A stretch of 64,000 nt of DNA from Eubacteriales bacterium (GTDB lineage Bacteria > Bacillota > Clostridia > Oscillospirales > SIG627), in assembly GCA_045541915.1 (NCBI GenBank), contig JAZQJZ010000007.1:104759-168758 (forward strand). The letters run 5' to 3'. The translations under genes and the position numbers were made by a program. Of the stretch, positions 17,554 to 27,117 are shown piece after piece (positions within the stretch are counted from its first letter, which is position 1; every line of letters begins with the position of its first letter). The notes under the pieces were generated by a model. It did not search any database. It was not told the origin of the DNA and saw only the letters and a list, made by a program, of their open reading frames with translations.

Positions 17554-19368
17554 GTGCGAATTCCCGAAAGCTTTATCCAGGAAGTGGTTCTTCGAAACCC
17601 TTTGGAAGAGATCGTTGCCCAGTACACCACACTGAAACGGGCCGGAAGCAATATGGTTTGCTGTTGCCCCTTTCACAATGAAAAGACCCCCTCCTTCACC
17701 CTCTATTCCAACCCCAGTCATTATTATTGTTACGGTTGCGGCGCCGGCGGAGATGTGATCACCTTCGTGCGGCAAATGGAAAATTTGGATTACGTGGCCG
17801 CAGTGGAATTTTTGGCAAACCGTGCCGGCCTGACCGTGCCTGTCACCAACAGCTATGAAAAACGGGTGGATAAAAAGCGCTACTACGAAATGAATGCCGA
17901 GGCCGCCAGGTTCTGGCATCATTATCTTCTTTCTCCCCAAGGAAAAGAGGGCTTGGACTACCTTCTGCAGCGCGGCCTTTCCCTTCCCATCATCAAGCGA
18001 TTTGGCTTGGGATACGCTCCCAACAGCTGGGATGCCCTCTCCCGTCATCTGGCCGGGAAAGGATACCGACCGGAGGAGATCAAGGAAGCCTTTTTGGGCA
18101 GCATCGGAAAAAACGGAAAGCCCTATGACTATTTCCGGGGAAGAGCTATGTTCCCCATTATCGACGTTTCCGGCAATGTGGTGGCCTTCAGCGGCCGCCA
18201 GGTGGCTCCCATGAAAGAGGGCGACCGGAAGTATTTCAATACCAACGATACCCCCGTATTCAAAAAAAGCCGCACGGTTTTTGCTCTGAACATTGCCAAA
18301 AACAGTCCCGAAAAGGAATTGATCCTTTGCGAGGGCAATATGGACGCCGTCTCTCTTCACGCCCACGGTATTTCCAATGCAGTGGCTTCTCTTGGCACTG
18401 CGCTGACTCAGGATCAGTGCCGCCTTCTTGCCCGATATACCGACCGGGTGAGCATTTGCTATGACGCAGACGAGGCCGGAAAACGGGCCACCGCAAAGGC
18501 CATCCGCCTTTTGCAGGAGGCAGGCATTCGGGTGCGGGTCATTTCCCTTTCCGGAAAAACAAAGGACGGCATGGAAGTAAAGGACCCGGACGATTTCATC
18601 CGGAATTTCGGCAAGGGTGCCTTCGAAAAATTCGCCAAGGAGGCCCCCGGTGCCATTGAATATATGTTCTCCAGCCTGAGAAGCCGGCACGAATTGGATA
18701 CCATGGACGGCAAAAACGCCTTCATCAAGGACTGCATTGAACTGATGAGTCAGATTCCCAGTCAAGTGGAACGGGAACTTTATATCAGCCGCATTTCCGA
18801 GGTTACCGGCGTTCCCGGCGAGATCATCCGGGTTCAGTCAGAGAAAAAAGTATTCCGCGAGGCAAAAAAAGAGCAAACGGAGCACTTGAATCAGGAATTA
18901 AGAAAGGCTCAGGGATTGGGCAACCGGATCAATCCGGACAAAGCAAAATTTCTCTCCAGTGCCGCCAAGGAAGAAAATATTCTGGGCATTCTCCTGCTGC
19001 GTCAGGAATACCTGCTGGATCAGAAGATCCGCCCAAAGCTGACCCCCGACATTTTCAACTGCGAGTTTTGCCGAAAGGTGCTCCTCTCCCTTTTGAAGCA
19101 AACAGCAGAGGGAGAAGTGTTCTCCTTTTCTTCTCTCAACGAAGAATTCACCCCCCAGGAGGTGGGAGAATTGGAGGGAATGAAGAAAAAGCGTGAGGCG
19201 CTGGGCAACAATTCCACCTCAGTTCTTCTGGAACTGATCGACCGCTTGGCCGAGGAACAGAAAAAGAAAGAAATTAAAAACGAACCGCTTTCCGCCGCTT
19301 GGCTGGAAAAACTAAAAGCGGAGAAAGCAAGGAAGGATGAATCTCATGACAAAAAGAAAAAATGCTGA
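17554..19368 (+). CDS. dnaG: DNA primase
   Basis: Zinc-binding [24 protein letters not shown] and TOPRIM EGNMD. The track start is trimmed to GTG 17554 (SD AGGAGG 7 nt upstream). The upstream extension covers the DnaA boxes. Confidence 0.92.
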   Translation: MRIPESFIQEVVLRNPLEEIVAQYTTLKRAGSNMVCCCPFHNEKTPSFTLYSNPSHYYCYGCGAGGDVITFVRQMENLDYVAAVEFLANRAGLTVPVTNSYEKRVDKKRYYEMNAEAARFWHHYLLSPQGKEGLDYLLQRGLSLPIIKRFGLGYAPNSWDALSRHLAGKGYRPEEIKEAFLGSIGKNGKPYDYFRGRAMFPIIDVSGNVVAFSGRQVAPMKEGDRKYFNTNDTPVFKKSRTVFALNIAKNSPEKELILCEGNMDAVSLHAHGISNAVASLGTALTQDQCRLLARYTDRVSICYDADEAGKRATAKAIRLLQEAGIRVRVISLSGKTKDGMEVKDPDDFIRNFGKGAFEKFAKEAPGAIEYMFSSLRSRHELDTMDGKNAFIKDCIELMSQIPSQVERELYISRISEVTGVPGEIIRVQSEKKVFREAKKEQTEHLNQELRKAQGLGNRINPDKAKFLSSAAKEENILGILLLRQEYLLDQKIRPKLTPDIFNCEFCRKVLLSLLKQTAEGEVFSFSSLNEEFTPQEVGELEGMKKKREALGNNSTSVLLELIDRLAEEQKKKEIKNEPLSAAWLEKLKAEKARKDESHDKKKKC

Positions 19369-20512
19369 AAAAGAGATCGCAAAGGAAGAGCTGTCTCCCG
19401 AGCTGAAGCTGAAAAAGGCCTTTGACGCCATCATTGAAAAGGGCAAGCAAAAAGGCAGCCTTTCCAATTCCGAAATTATGACCATGCTGGACGATGTGGA
19501 GTATGAATCCGATCAGCTGGAAAAGCTCTATGACGTTCTGGAAGCCAGCGGCGTGGATATTTCCTCCTTTATGGACGCACCCGATCTGGAGGAATTGAAG
19601 GCTGAGGAGGAAGTGGAAACTCTGGAAACCAGCCAGGATATGGAGCAGATGCTCCAGGGCGAAGGCCTTGCGCTGGAGGACCACGTAAGAATGTACTTAA
19701 AGGAGATCGGCAAGGTGCCTCTTCTTTCCGGTGAAGAGGAGCTTCAGCTGGCCCAGATCATGATCGAAGGCGAAACCGAAGCCGCCAGAGAAAACGCCAA
19801 GCAAAAGCTGGTGGAGGCAAACTTGAGACTGGTGGTCAGCATTGCCAAGCGCTATGTGGGCAGAGGTATGTTCTTCCTGGATCTGATCCAGGAAGGAAAT
19901 CTGGGTCTGATGAAGGCAGTGGAAAAATTCGACTATAACAAGGGCTTTAAGTTTTCCACCTACGCCACCTGGTGGATCCGCCAGGCCATCACCCGTGCCA
20001 TTGCAGACCAGGCCAGAACCATCCGTATCCCCGTACATATGGTGGAAACCATCAACAAGGTTCTGCGCGTATCCCGTCAGCTTCTCCAGGAATTGGGTCA
20101 CGAGGCCAGCGCAGAGGAAATTGCCGAGGTGATGAACATTCCCGTGGAAAAGGTCAGAGAGACCATGAAGATCGCCCAGGAGCCCGTTTCTCTGGAAACT
20201 CCCATCGGCGAGGAGGAAGACAGCCACTTGGGCGACTTCATTCCCGATGATGACGCACCCGCACCCGCAGAGGCCGCAAGCTATGCTATGCTCCGGGAGC
20301 ATCTGGACGAGGTGCTTCACACCTTGACCCCCAGAGAAATGCAGGTGTTAAAGCTCCGCTTCGGCTTTGACGATGGCAGAAGCCGCACCCTGGAGGAGGT
20401 AGGCAAGGAATTTAACATCACCCGTGAACGAATCCGTCAGATTGAGGCCAAGGCACTGCGCAAGCTCCGCCACCCCAGCCGTGCCAAGAAGCTGAAGGAT
20501 TACCTGGATTAA
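19337..20512 (+). CDS. sigA: primary RNA polymerase sigma factor
   Basis: Region 2 [14 protein letters not shown] and region 4 [20 protein letters not shown]. The start may be ATG 19346 rather than 19337, judged by SD spacing. Confidence 0.94.
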   Translation: MNLMTKRKNAEKEIAKEELSPELKLKKAFDAIIEKGKQKGSLSNSEIMTMLDDVEYESDQLEKLYDVLEASGVDISSFMDAPDLEELKAEEEVETLETSQDMEQMLQGEGLALEDHVRMYLKEIGKVPLLSGEEELQLAQIMIEGETEAARENAKQKLVEANLRLVVSIAKRYVGRGMFFLDLIQEGNLGLMKAVEKFDYNKGFKFSTYATWWIRQAITRAIADQARTIRIPVHMVETINKVLRVSRQLLQELGHEASAEEIAEVMNIPVEKVRETMKIAQEPVSLETPIGEEEDSHLGDFIPDDDAPAPAEAASYAMLREHLDEVLHTLTPREMQVLKLRFGFDDGRSRTLEEVGKEFNITRERIRQIEAKALRKLRHPSRAKKLKDYLD

Positions 20513-20693
20513 GATTTCTGTCACATTTGTTTCACAGACTCATTACAAATTTGGCAAGTAATACAGTTTTATTTGGTTCTTTTTAGAAATATTGACGGAG
20601 GGCATTTTACTTGACACTCCGGCACTTTTCGTGTAAAATATAGGTAATTGGCGCAAGTGTTTGCTCCCAAAATTCCAAGGAGGATTACATCTC

Positions 20694-22487
20694 ATGACAA
20701 AAAGACTATTAAGTCTTCTGTTGGCGATCGTGATGGTGCTTTCCCTGTGCATGACCGCCTGCTCCTCTGAACCCACTAAAGAGACCGGTGAAGAAGAGGA
20801 AAACGCAGAGGAAGAAGTTCAGAGAAACAATCTGGCATTGACCATTTATGCCATCAAGGACAAAAAAACCACGGACGAGGCTCTGGCCGCTGTGGAAGAA
20901 AAGGTCAGCAACTACTGTGTTGCAAAGTATAAGACCGCGATCGATCTTCGCTTCTTTACCGAAGAGGAGTATATGTCCGGCTTGAACGATATGTACGATA
21001 AGTTCGCTGCCCAGGCAGAAGCCGAAAAGCAGGCAGCCGCCGAAAAGGCAAAGAAGGAAAAGGAAGAAGCCGCTTATATTGCCACTCTCTCCAAGGAAGA
21101 AAAGATCAAGTATGAGCAGGAGAAGCGTCAGCAGGCAAAGGAAGAGGCTGAAGCTGCTGAAAAGGAAAAGGAAGAACAGGCCGAACTGATCGAGCAGGGC
21201 AAGGATAAGGCCGTTGTAAAAGACGTTCAGATGGATATTCTCTTCCTACCCTCCATGAAGGATTATTACAGCCACGTAGATCAAGGACTTCTCTTCGACA
21301 TCAAAAACTATCTGGGCGGTAAGTATAAGAGAATTGACGACTATGTATTCCCCTCTTATCTGACTGCTGCTACCGTAAACGGCGGCATTTTCGGTATTCC
21401 CAACAACCAGGCCATCTCCACCAACGAGACCTTCCTTCTGGTGAAAACCGACCTGGCTGAAAAGTACAATGTAAAGTTTGATTCCATCCGCTCTATCACC
21501 GATCTGGCTGATGTATATGCTCAGATCGTAGCCAACGAGCCCGGTGTTGCTCCCATCTACGGCGATTGGGATCCCGAAGGACTGGCTTACTATGAGGAAG
21601 TGGATTCCGCTCACACCATCTGTGTCTTTACCGACACTCTTCTGGGCGGCAAATTCACCGGTATCAATGCTTACTCTGCACTGAACCCCGAAAGCTCTCA
21701 GGGCTCTGCATTTGTTGACTGGTGTGCTACCAAGGCTGAATATCGCAAAGCCGGTTACCTTTCCGATACCAACGAAAACTTCTTTGTTTCCGTAAAGGAA
21801 TTGACCGAGGAAGAAAAGGCCGCTTGGGAAGCCAAGGGTTATACCCCCGTCCTTTATAAGGGCGCTGACTTCAATACCAAAGCCGCTTTGGATACCGGTC
21901 TCTTCTGCATCAGCAAGCACTGCGCACAGCCGGAAAGAGCCATGGAGATCCTCCAGCTGATGACCACCGACGCTGAGCTGCACAATCTGCTCACCTTCGG
22001 TATCGAGGATGTTCACTACACCCGCACCCAAGAAAACAGCAATATCATTACCATCATTGACGATTCCTACTCCATGGACTTCTTCAAGACCGGTAACGCG
22101 CTGATCGGTTACCTTCCCGATACCATGGATCCTGACTTCTTCACCAAGTCTCAGGAAAAGAACCGCAACTCCTTTATGAACCCCTTCCTTGGCTTCCGCT
22201 TTGATTGGAGCAATCCCAATATGGCAAAGTGGCTGAAGCTCTTTGAGGAATGGAAGGTTTATTACGATCCGATCTATGAGCAGCTCCGCTATGGCACCGA
22301 TAATTACATGGAGCTTCTGGACGTGGCTTACGATACCACTTATAACAACAGAGGCAAGATCTTCTCCGATTCTTACTCCAACTGGTCCAAGAACGGTGAG
22401 TTCCGCAACACCTACAAGGCTTACGTTACCACCCTTGCTAAGCTGGACTCCCTGCTTCACTTCGACTCCTCCGTGGCAGCCGACTAA
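20694..22487 (+). CDS. extracellular solute-binding lipoprotein (ABC substrate-binding-like), orphan
   Basis: Signal peptide plus lipobox LSLCMTAC|SS from ATG 20694 (SD GGAGG). SBP-like body with a K/E/A-rich insert. No permease or ATPase gene adjacent. Confidence 0.75.
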   Translation: MTKRLLSLLLAIVMVLSLCMTACSSEPTKETGEEEENAEEEVQRNNLALTIYAIKDKKTTDEALAAVEEKVSNYCVAKYKTAIDLRFFTEEEYMSGLNDMYDKFAAQAEAEKQAAAEKAKKEKEEAAYIATLSKEEKIKYEQEKRQQAKEEAEAAEKEKEEQAELIEQGKDKAVVKDVQMDILFLPSMKDYYSHVDQGLLFDIKNYLGGKYKRIDDYVFPSYLTAATVNGGIFGIPNNQAISTNETFLLVKTDLAEKYNVKFDSIRSITDLADVYAQIVANEPGVAPIYGDWDPEGLAYYEEVDSAHTICVFTDTLLGGKFTGINAYSALNPESSQGSAFVDWCATKAEYRKAGYLSDTNENFFVSVKELTEEEKAAWEAKGYTPVLYKGADFNTKAALDTGLFCISKHCAQPERAMEILQLMTTDAELHNLLTFGIEDVHYTRTQENSNIITIIDDSYSMDFFKTGNALIGYLPDTMDPDFFTKSQEKNRNSFMNPFLGFRFDWSNPNMAKWLKLFEEWKVYYDPIYEQLRYGTDNYMELLDVAYDTTYNNRGKIFSDSYSNWSKNGEFRNTYKAYVTTLAKLDSLLHFDSSVAAD

Positions 22488-22496
22488 ATCAGAATA

Positions 22497-22533
22497 ACAA
22501 AAAAGACTGAGGTTTTCCCTCGGTCTTTTTTTG
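22497..22533 (+). terminator. intrinsic terminator
   Basis: AGACTGAGG-ttttc-CCTCGGTCT followed by T7. Confidence 0.8.
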
Positions 22534-22577
22534 TGCTTTCATTTTTCTTTTCTTATTCTTTTGTCACAAAAAGAGCA

Positions 22578-23037
22578 GGCTGTCGAGGACGTCAGCCCCT
22601 ACAAGGTTTGGCGAAACCGGAAACAAAGGCAAAGAAAATTTGCTTTGGCAAGCATTTGGCGGGAGGCTGATAGCCTCCCCTACAGAGTTTGATGAAAACG
22701 GAAACAAAGGCAAAGAAAATTTGCTTTGGCAAGCATCCGGCGGGAGGCTGATAGCCTCCCCTACAAGGGTTTGGTGGAACCGGAAACAATGGCAAACAAA
22801 ATTTGTTTTGGCAAGCATTCGGCGGGAGGCTGATAGCCTCCTACAGAGTTTGATGAAAACGGTGTTTTAGGTGAGAAAACCGGGCAATGTAAAAGAATGG
22901 ATTTTTGCCACAAGATTGGAATTCTTCCCTATTTTGTAGGGGAGGCAAGCTGCCTCCCGTCTTGCGGCAAACCACAATCTATTTTTTCACTCGAATTTCA
23001 TTCGGTTATTGGTAGGGGCCGACGTCCTCGACGGCCC
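22578..23037. repeat. composite GGGAGGC-hairpin repeat element (three tandem units of about 80 bp plus inverted partial copies, bracketed by imperfect inverted repeats)
   Basis: GGGAGGCTGATAGCCTCCC+CTACA at 22661, 22742 and 22824 (the last degenerate). Inverted TGTAGGGGAGGCAAGCTGCCTCCC at 22935-22958. Terminal inverted pair 22578-22603 / 23012-23037. Confidence 0.8.
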
Positions 23038-23201
23038 GTCTTACGAAAAACCATCCTAACAAATTTTGCATAAATCCGGTTCGGCAAGATTGCTGGGACT
23101 TCCCCGTCCCCGGCGGCTTGAAATCATTTTAAACCACAATTTTTGCGCGTTTTTTGATACAAAAAAAGACCAAGGAAGAATCCTTGGTCTTTTTTTCATT
23201 T

Positions 23202-23765
23202 TTACTGTTTTTGCCCAGCCTTGTCAAAGCGCTTCCAAAAAAAATCCACAAGGTAAGAGGCAAGAAAGGCGAAGGCAGTGCCAAGCGCCGCACCGGCAAT
23301 CACATCGCTGGGGTAATGCACCACCAGGCAAAGCCGGGAAATGGCCACAAAGATCCCCAGCACAAGGCAGGCAATGCCCCATTTTTTGTGGCGCAAAAGG
23401 AGCGCCACCGGTGCTTCAAAGGAAGCCAGGGTGTGACCGGAGGGGAAGGAGTAATCCGTTGACATATGTCCCCAGGCAAGTTGAACGGAAAGGGTGGGAT
23501 CGGCGTCATAAGGTCTTGGACGGGCAACGACATTTTTCAAAACGCCGTTTCCCAGGATCAAGCCGATCAAAAGAGCAAGTCCCATGGAAAAGCCGGCTCT
23601 GCGGGTCTTTTTCGGAATCATAAGAATAAGAGAAAGAGCGATCCAGAAAATGCCCGATTCCCCAAAGGAGGTAACAAAGGTCCAGACAATGTCCCAAAGA
23701 GGGGTGGCAAGATCCTGAAGAGTATGTAAAAACTCCAACTCCCACTGGGTAATGGCGTCAAACAT
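23202..23765 (-). CDS. PAP2-family phosphatase (undecaprenyl-diphosphatase/PgpB-like)
   Basis: PAP2 motifs RPRP, PSGHT and SRLCLVVHYPSD. Multi-TM protein. SD GAGGAGG. Confidence 0.85.
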   Translation of the reverse strand: MFDAITQWELEFLHTLQDLATPLWDIVWTFVTSFGESGIFWIALSLILMIPKKTRRAGFSMGLALLIGLILGNGVLKNVVARPRPYDADPTLSVQLAWGHMSTDYSFPSGHTLASFEAPVALLLRHKKWGIACLVLGIFVAISRLCLVVHYPSDVIAGAALGTAFAFLASYLVDFFWKRFDKAGQKQ

Positions 23766-23774
23766 ATTTCCTCC

Positions 23775-24926
23775 TCACTGAACGATGCGATCGTAGATAT
23801 AGAACGAATTGCCCTTTTTCTTGGCAAAAATGATCATATCCAATACGTCCACATAGTCCTCTCTGCCATGAAGCTTCAAAACGTGGTCAAAAGAAACGTG
23901 ACAGCAGAAGGTATTCTCGTCAAAGGCATAAAAATCGTCGATCCGTTCATCCCGGAATTCATACCCGTTGTGATCCCAAACAAATTGAGACAGGTTATAG
24001 GCAATGTTCCGATAGAACATACTACTGGTATCAAAATACTGGGACACCAAGCCGATCCGACCATCGTTTTGCATATATTTGGCATATTCCTTCATGCCAT
24101 TCATAATGCGCTGGGAGTGGGTCTGTTTCCACTCTTCATTATAAGAAAGGCCAGACACATATTCCCCGGTCTTTTCATCCTGGGTCAAAGTAAGGACAGC
24201 CTTATTTTGATCGGTCACGGAAAGGACCGGCTCCTGGAACAGTTCTCCCACCTCGTATGTAAGAAGGGTAATACCGGGAACGCCTTCCGGCAGATACTCG
24301 TTAAACTCATGGGCCTTCTCTTCCACCACGTGATCCGAGGAAACCTCTTTTCCGTTCACGGTGAGAATATAGCCTGAGGGAGCCGTAACGCGGACAGATT
24401 CCGTGGCCTTTAAGAACATTTCCATCTTGGAAAATTCATAGCCGCGAATACCGAATTGGCCGGGCGTCTGACTTTTTACAAAGGCAAGAGTGGCGATCTT
24501 GGTGGAGGGAATGGTTTGCACAGAGGGATTGTTTCCTTCCGTGGTTTCTTTTGTCTCCGCAGCTTTTTCGCTTTCCGGATCGACGAGAACCACATTGTAC
24601 TGCACTTCGTTTTCCGTGATGATGGTGGCATAGTAGGTCAGATTCTTTCCCTCTGCCATTCTTTTCAAGTGATCGGAAGCCGACTGCAGGGTTTCAAATT
24701 CACCGGGCTGATACTGGGCCTTTTCCAGGGCAGAAACATAGTCCTCGCCCTTAAAATAGGTCTGGAATACTTCCTCGGCCCGATGGATGGGCTGGCTTGA
24801 TTCAAAAAAGGTCAAATACTTGTTTAAAATTCCCAGGCCAACAGCCAACAGCACGGCAAAGAGCAAAAGCACACCGGCATACAACACCCAGAACAAGGGG
24901 AATTTCTTTTTTGCTTTCTGATCCAT
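23775..24926 (-). CDS. hypothetical membrane-anchored protein
   Basis: One N-terminal TM segment (FPLFWVLYAGVLLLFAVLLAVGLGIL). SD GGGGAGG. TAA-ATG junction with the upstream gene. No motif recognised. Confidence 0.6.
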   Translation of the reverse strand: MDQKAKKKFPLFWVLYAGVLLLFAVLLAVGLGILNKYLTFFESSQPIHRAEEVFQTYFKGEDYVSALEKAQYQPGEFETLQSASDHLKRMAEGKNLTYYATIITENEVQYNVVLVDPESEKAAETKETTEGNNPSVQTIPSTKIATLAFVKSQTPGQFGIRGYEFSKMEMFLKATESVRVTAPSGYILTVNGKEVSSDHVVEEKAHEFNEYLPEGVPGITLLTYEVGELFQEPVLSVTDQNKAVLTLTQDEKTGEYVSGLSYNEEWKQTHSQRIMNGMKEYAKYMQNDGRIGLVSQYFDTSSMFYRNIAYNLSQFVWDHNGYEFRDERIDDFYAFDENTFCCHVSFDHVLKLHGREDYVDVLDMIIFAKKKGNSFYIYDRIVQ

Positions 24927-26105
24927 TTATTTCGCCTCCCCTACCAGAAAATAAGTGGGCATTTTGCGGGGATTGGTAAAGGCCTTGTAATTGTTCACCA
25001 GGCCCTGTCTCTGATATTCATCCAAAGTGGAAAGGTCATAATCGTAAAGATCATAGTAGTTGCGGTAATACATCATAGCAGAGCTTCCGCCGTCCAGTTT
25101 TCCCGCAACCACAGCGCCGTATTCCAGCATTAAGCTGATCAGTTCATTGTGGGTGGCGCCGATGCTGGAAGCAGTTCTTCCGTCGGTCACCAGAAGTAAA
25201 ACCGTTCCGTCTGCTCTCTGGCCGATGGCGGTGCGTTGAGCACGACCGGTATCGCCGTCGGAGTAGTGAATGGTCATATTGGTTCCGTCATTGGTGATCA
25301 GGCAGTTGCCCGTCTGGAAGCAAACACCGTCCCGGATGCCAAGCTCCGTGGCGCGGGCTTGTGTCATCCCCTCCGAAACCACCAATTTATTCTCATTGGT
25401 AAAGCCCATAAAGGTCAGATAAGTGGGGCCGGACCAGGCAAGCTTTCCCTGGGAATAGGTGATGCCGATGGGGTTAGAGCCGGTGCCTACACCGCCCGTA
25501 TCCGGAAATTCACCGCCGTTGATGGCAGCCACCGCCTGATACTTTTCCACAATATCAAAAATGCGGCTTCCGCCCGGATTGGTATGGTAATTGTCACTGG
25601 AGGCACCAACAAATACTCTGCTGGGGTCCTTCACCATCAACAGATAAGCCTTGAAGGTGGGCTTTGTAATATTGAAAAAGCGAATGCCGTCAATGGCCTG
25701 GGCCCAGAAGTCTTCCTCTTCTCCTTCGGGTGTGGTATTGGCATCCTCCATGGAGATCACATCATACGTTACCGTTTTACTGCCGGAAACGATCTGTTCC
25801 ACCAATTCCTCCGGCAAAAATAGGCCCGGAAGCCATTTGGTGGCGCTGGCCTGCTTGGCAGAAAGCACCAGAGCATCACGCATGGTGGGACTGGGGCCGC
25901 CCAGAAGTACATGGCAAGCGGAAATAGCAGCAATCAAAACACAAACAAGAAAGGTGCCGATGCAAAGAAGCACTCTGGGCCACACTTTCTTTTTCTCTCC
26001 CGATTTACCGTTTCCGGAAGATCCTTTATTTTTCGATTTTGGCTTGGTGGTAACGGAAACCTGAGGACGGTCCATTAACAACACAAAATGATCCTTGTTG
26101 TCCAA
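24927..26105 (-). CDS. phosphodiester glycosidase (DUF2233/NAGPA-like) family protein
   Basis: N-terminal TM segment, AINGGEF and KLDGGSSAMM motifs. TTG start with SD AAAGGAGAGG. Confidence 0.7.
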   Translation of the reverse strand: MDNKDHFVLLMDRPQVSVTTKPKSKNKGSSGNGKSGEKKKVWPRVLLCIGTFLVCVLIAAISACHVLLGGPSPTMRDALVLSAKQASATKWLPGLFLPEELVEQIVSGSKTVTYDVISMEDANTTPEGEEEDFWAQAIDGIRFFNITKPTFKAYLLMVKDPSRVFVGASSDNYHTNPGGSRIFDIVEKYQAVAAINGGEFPDTGGVGTGSNPIGITYSQGKLAWSGPTYLTFMGFTNENKLVVSEGMTQARATELGIRDGVCFQTGNCLITNDGTNMTIHYSDGDTGRAQRTAIGQRADGTVLLLVTDGRTASSIGATHNELISLMLEYGAVVAGKLDGGSSAMMYYRNYYDLYDYDLSTLDEYQRQGLVNNYKAFTNPRKMPTYFLVGEAK

Positions 26106-26295
26106 AAAGACCTCTCCTTTCTATTCTGAAAATAATCAAAGCAAAAGCCAAAGGCTACAGCAGATTTCATTTTATCACATCTTCTTCGGAAAAACAACAT
26201 TTTTTCACAAAAAACAAGCTTTTCAACTTCTCTTGCGCAATCCTTTTTCTTCCTGTATAATAAGAATCAACCAAAAAAAGCGAAAGGGGCCTTTT

Positions 26296-27072
26296 ATGAA
26301 GCCTTTTTTTCAAGATCGTCCGGTAAGCCGGATCTTTTCCTTCCATACGCTGGACTATGCCCCTCATCTTCACAATGCCCTGGAAATCGGTTTTTTATCA
26401 GAGGGAAAAAGTGTATTACAAATTGAGGGGAAAAATTACCCGGTAAAAGCCGGAGATTTTTTTGCGGTGTTTCCCGATTTGATCCACAGCTACAAGGAAA
26501 GCGAGGGAGCAAAGGGAACTCTTGCCATTCTGACATTGGAGGATCTTTCTCCCTTTCAAAAAAAACTAATGGAGACGGTACCCTTGTCCCCCGTTTTGAC
26601 AAGCAAGGCCTGGAAAGAGAGCGATCTGGAGCTTATTTTTTCCCTGGCTCAAAAAGAAAATTCAGGCTTCGAAAAGGAGATCCGAACCGGATTCAGCCGG
26701 GTGATCACCGGAAAGATCCTTTCTCTTTTAACCTTTGAAAAAAGGCAAAACACCACCAAAAGCACCTTGCGCGAGATCCTCTCCTATCTTTCCGCTCACA
26801 AAGGGGAAAATCTCACAAGAAAGAGCATCGCCCGGAATTTAGGCCTCAGCGAAAGCACCGTATCCCACGCTTTTTCCGAAGGACTGAAGACCACACTGAC
26901 CCAGTACTTAAATCACCTTCGCCTGGAAGAGAGCGCCACCCTTTTAAAGGAAACCTCCCTTTCTGTCACCCAGGTGGCGGAACAGGCGGGCTTTGGCTCC
27001 CTTCGAAGCTTCAACCGTGTTTTCCGGGAAGCCTATGGCTCCTCTCCCAGTCAATACCGAAAAAAGAATTAA
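26296..27072 (+). CDS. AraC-family transcriptional regulator (cupin + HTH)
   Basis: C-terminal double HTH (LSVTQVAEQAGFGSLRSFNRVFREAYGSSPSQYR). The track start is trimmed to ATG 26296. Confidence 0.85.
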   Translation: MKPFFQDRPVSRIFSFHTLDYAPHLHNALEIGFLSEGKSVLQIEGKNYPVKAGDFFAVFPDLIHSYKESEGAKGTLAILTLEDLSPFQKKLMETVPLSPVLTSKAWKESDLELIFSLAQKENSGFEKEIRTGFSRVITGKILSLLTFEKRQNTTKSTLREILSYLSAHKGENLTRKSIARNLGLSESTVSHAFSEGLKTTLTQYLNHLRLEESATLLKETSLSVTQVAEQAGFGSLRSFNRVFREAYGSSPSQYRKKN

Positions 27073-27075
27073 GAA

Positions 27076-27116
27076 CAAAAAAAGATGCAGTCTATTTTAG
27101 ACTGCATCTTTTTTCT
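27076..27116. terminator. bidirectional intrinsic terminator
   Basis: AGATGCAGTCT-atttt-AGACTGCATCT flanked by A- and T-runs. Confidence 0.85.
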
Positions 27117-27117
27117 T

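Noticed and set aside
22564-22870. The tandem 80-bp repeats considered as a CRISPR array, or as small ORFs (22564-22818, 22592-22795, 22640-22870).
   Set aside because: The units are contiguous with no unique spacers and there are no cas genes in the window. The predicted peptides (…GGYQPPA…, …RLIASPT…) are repeat translations.
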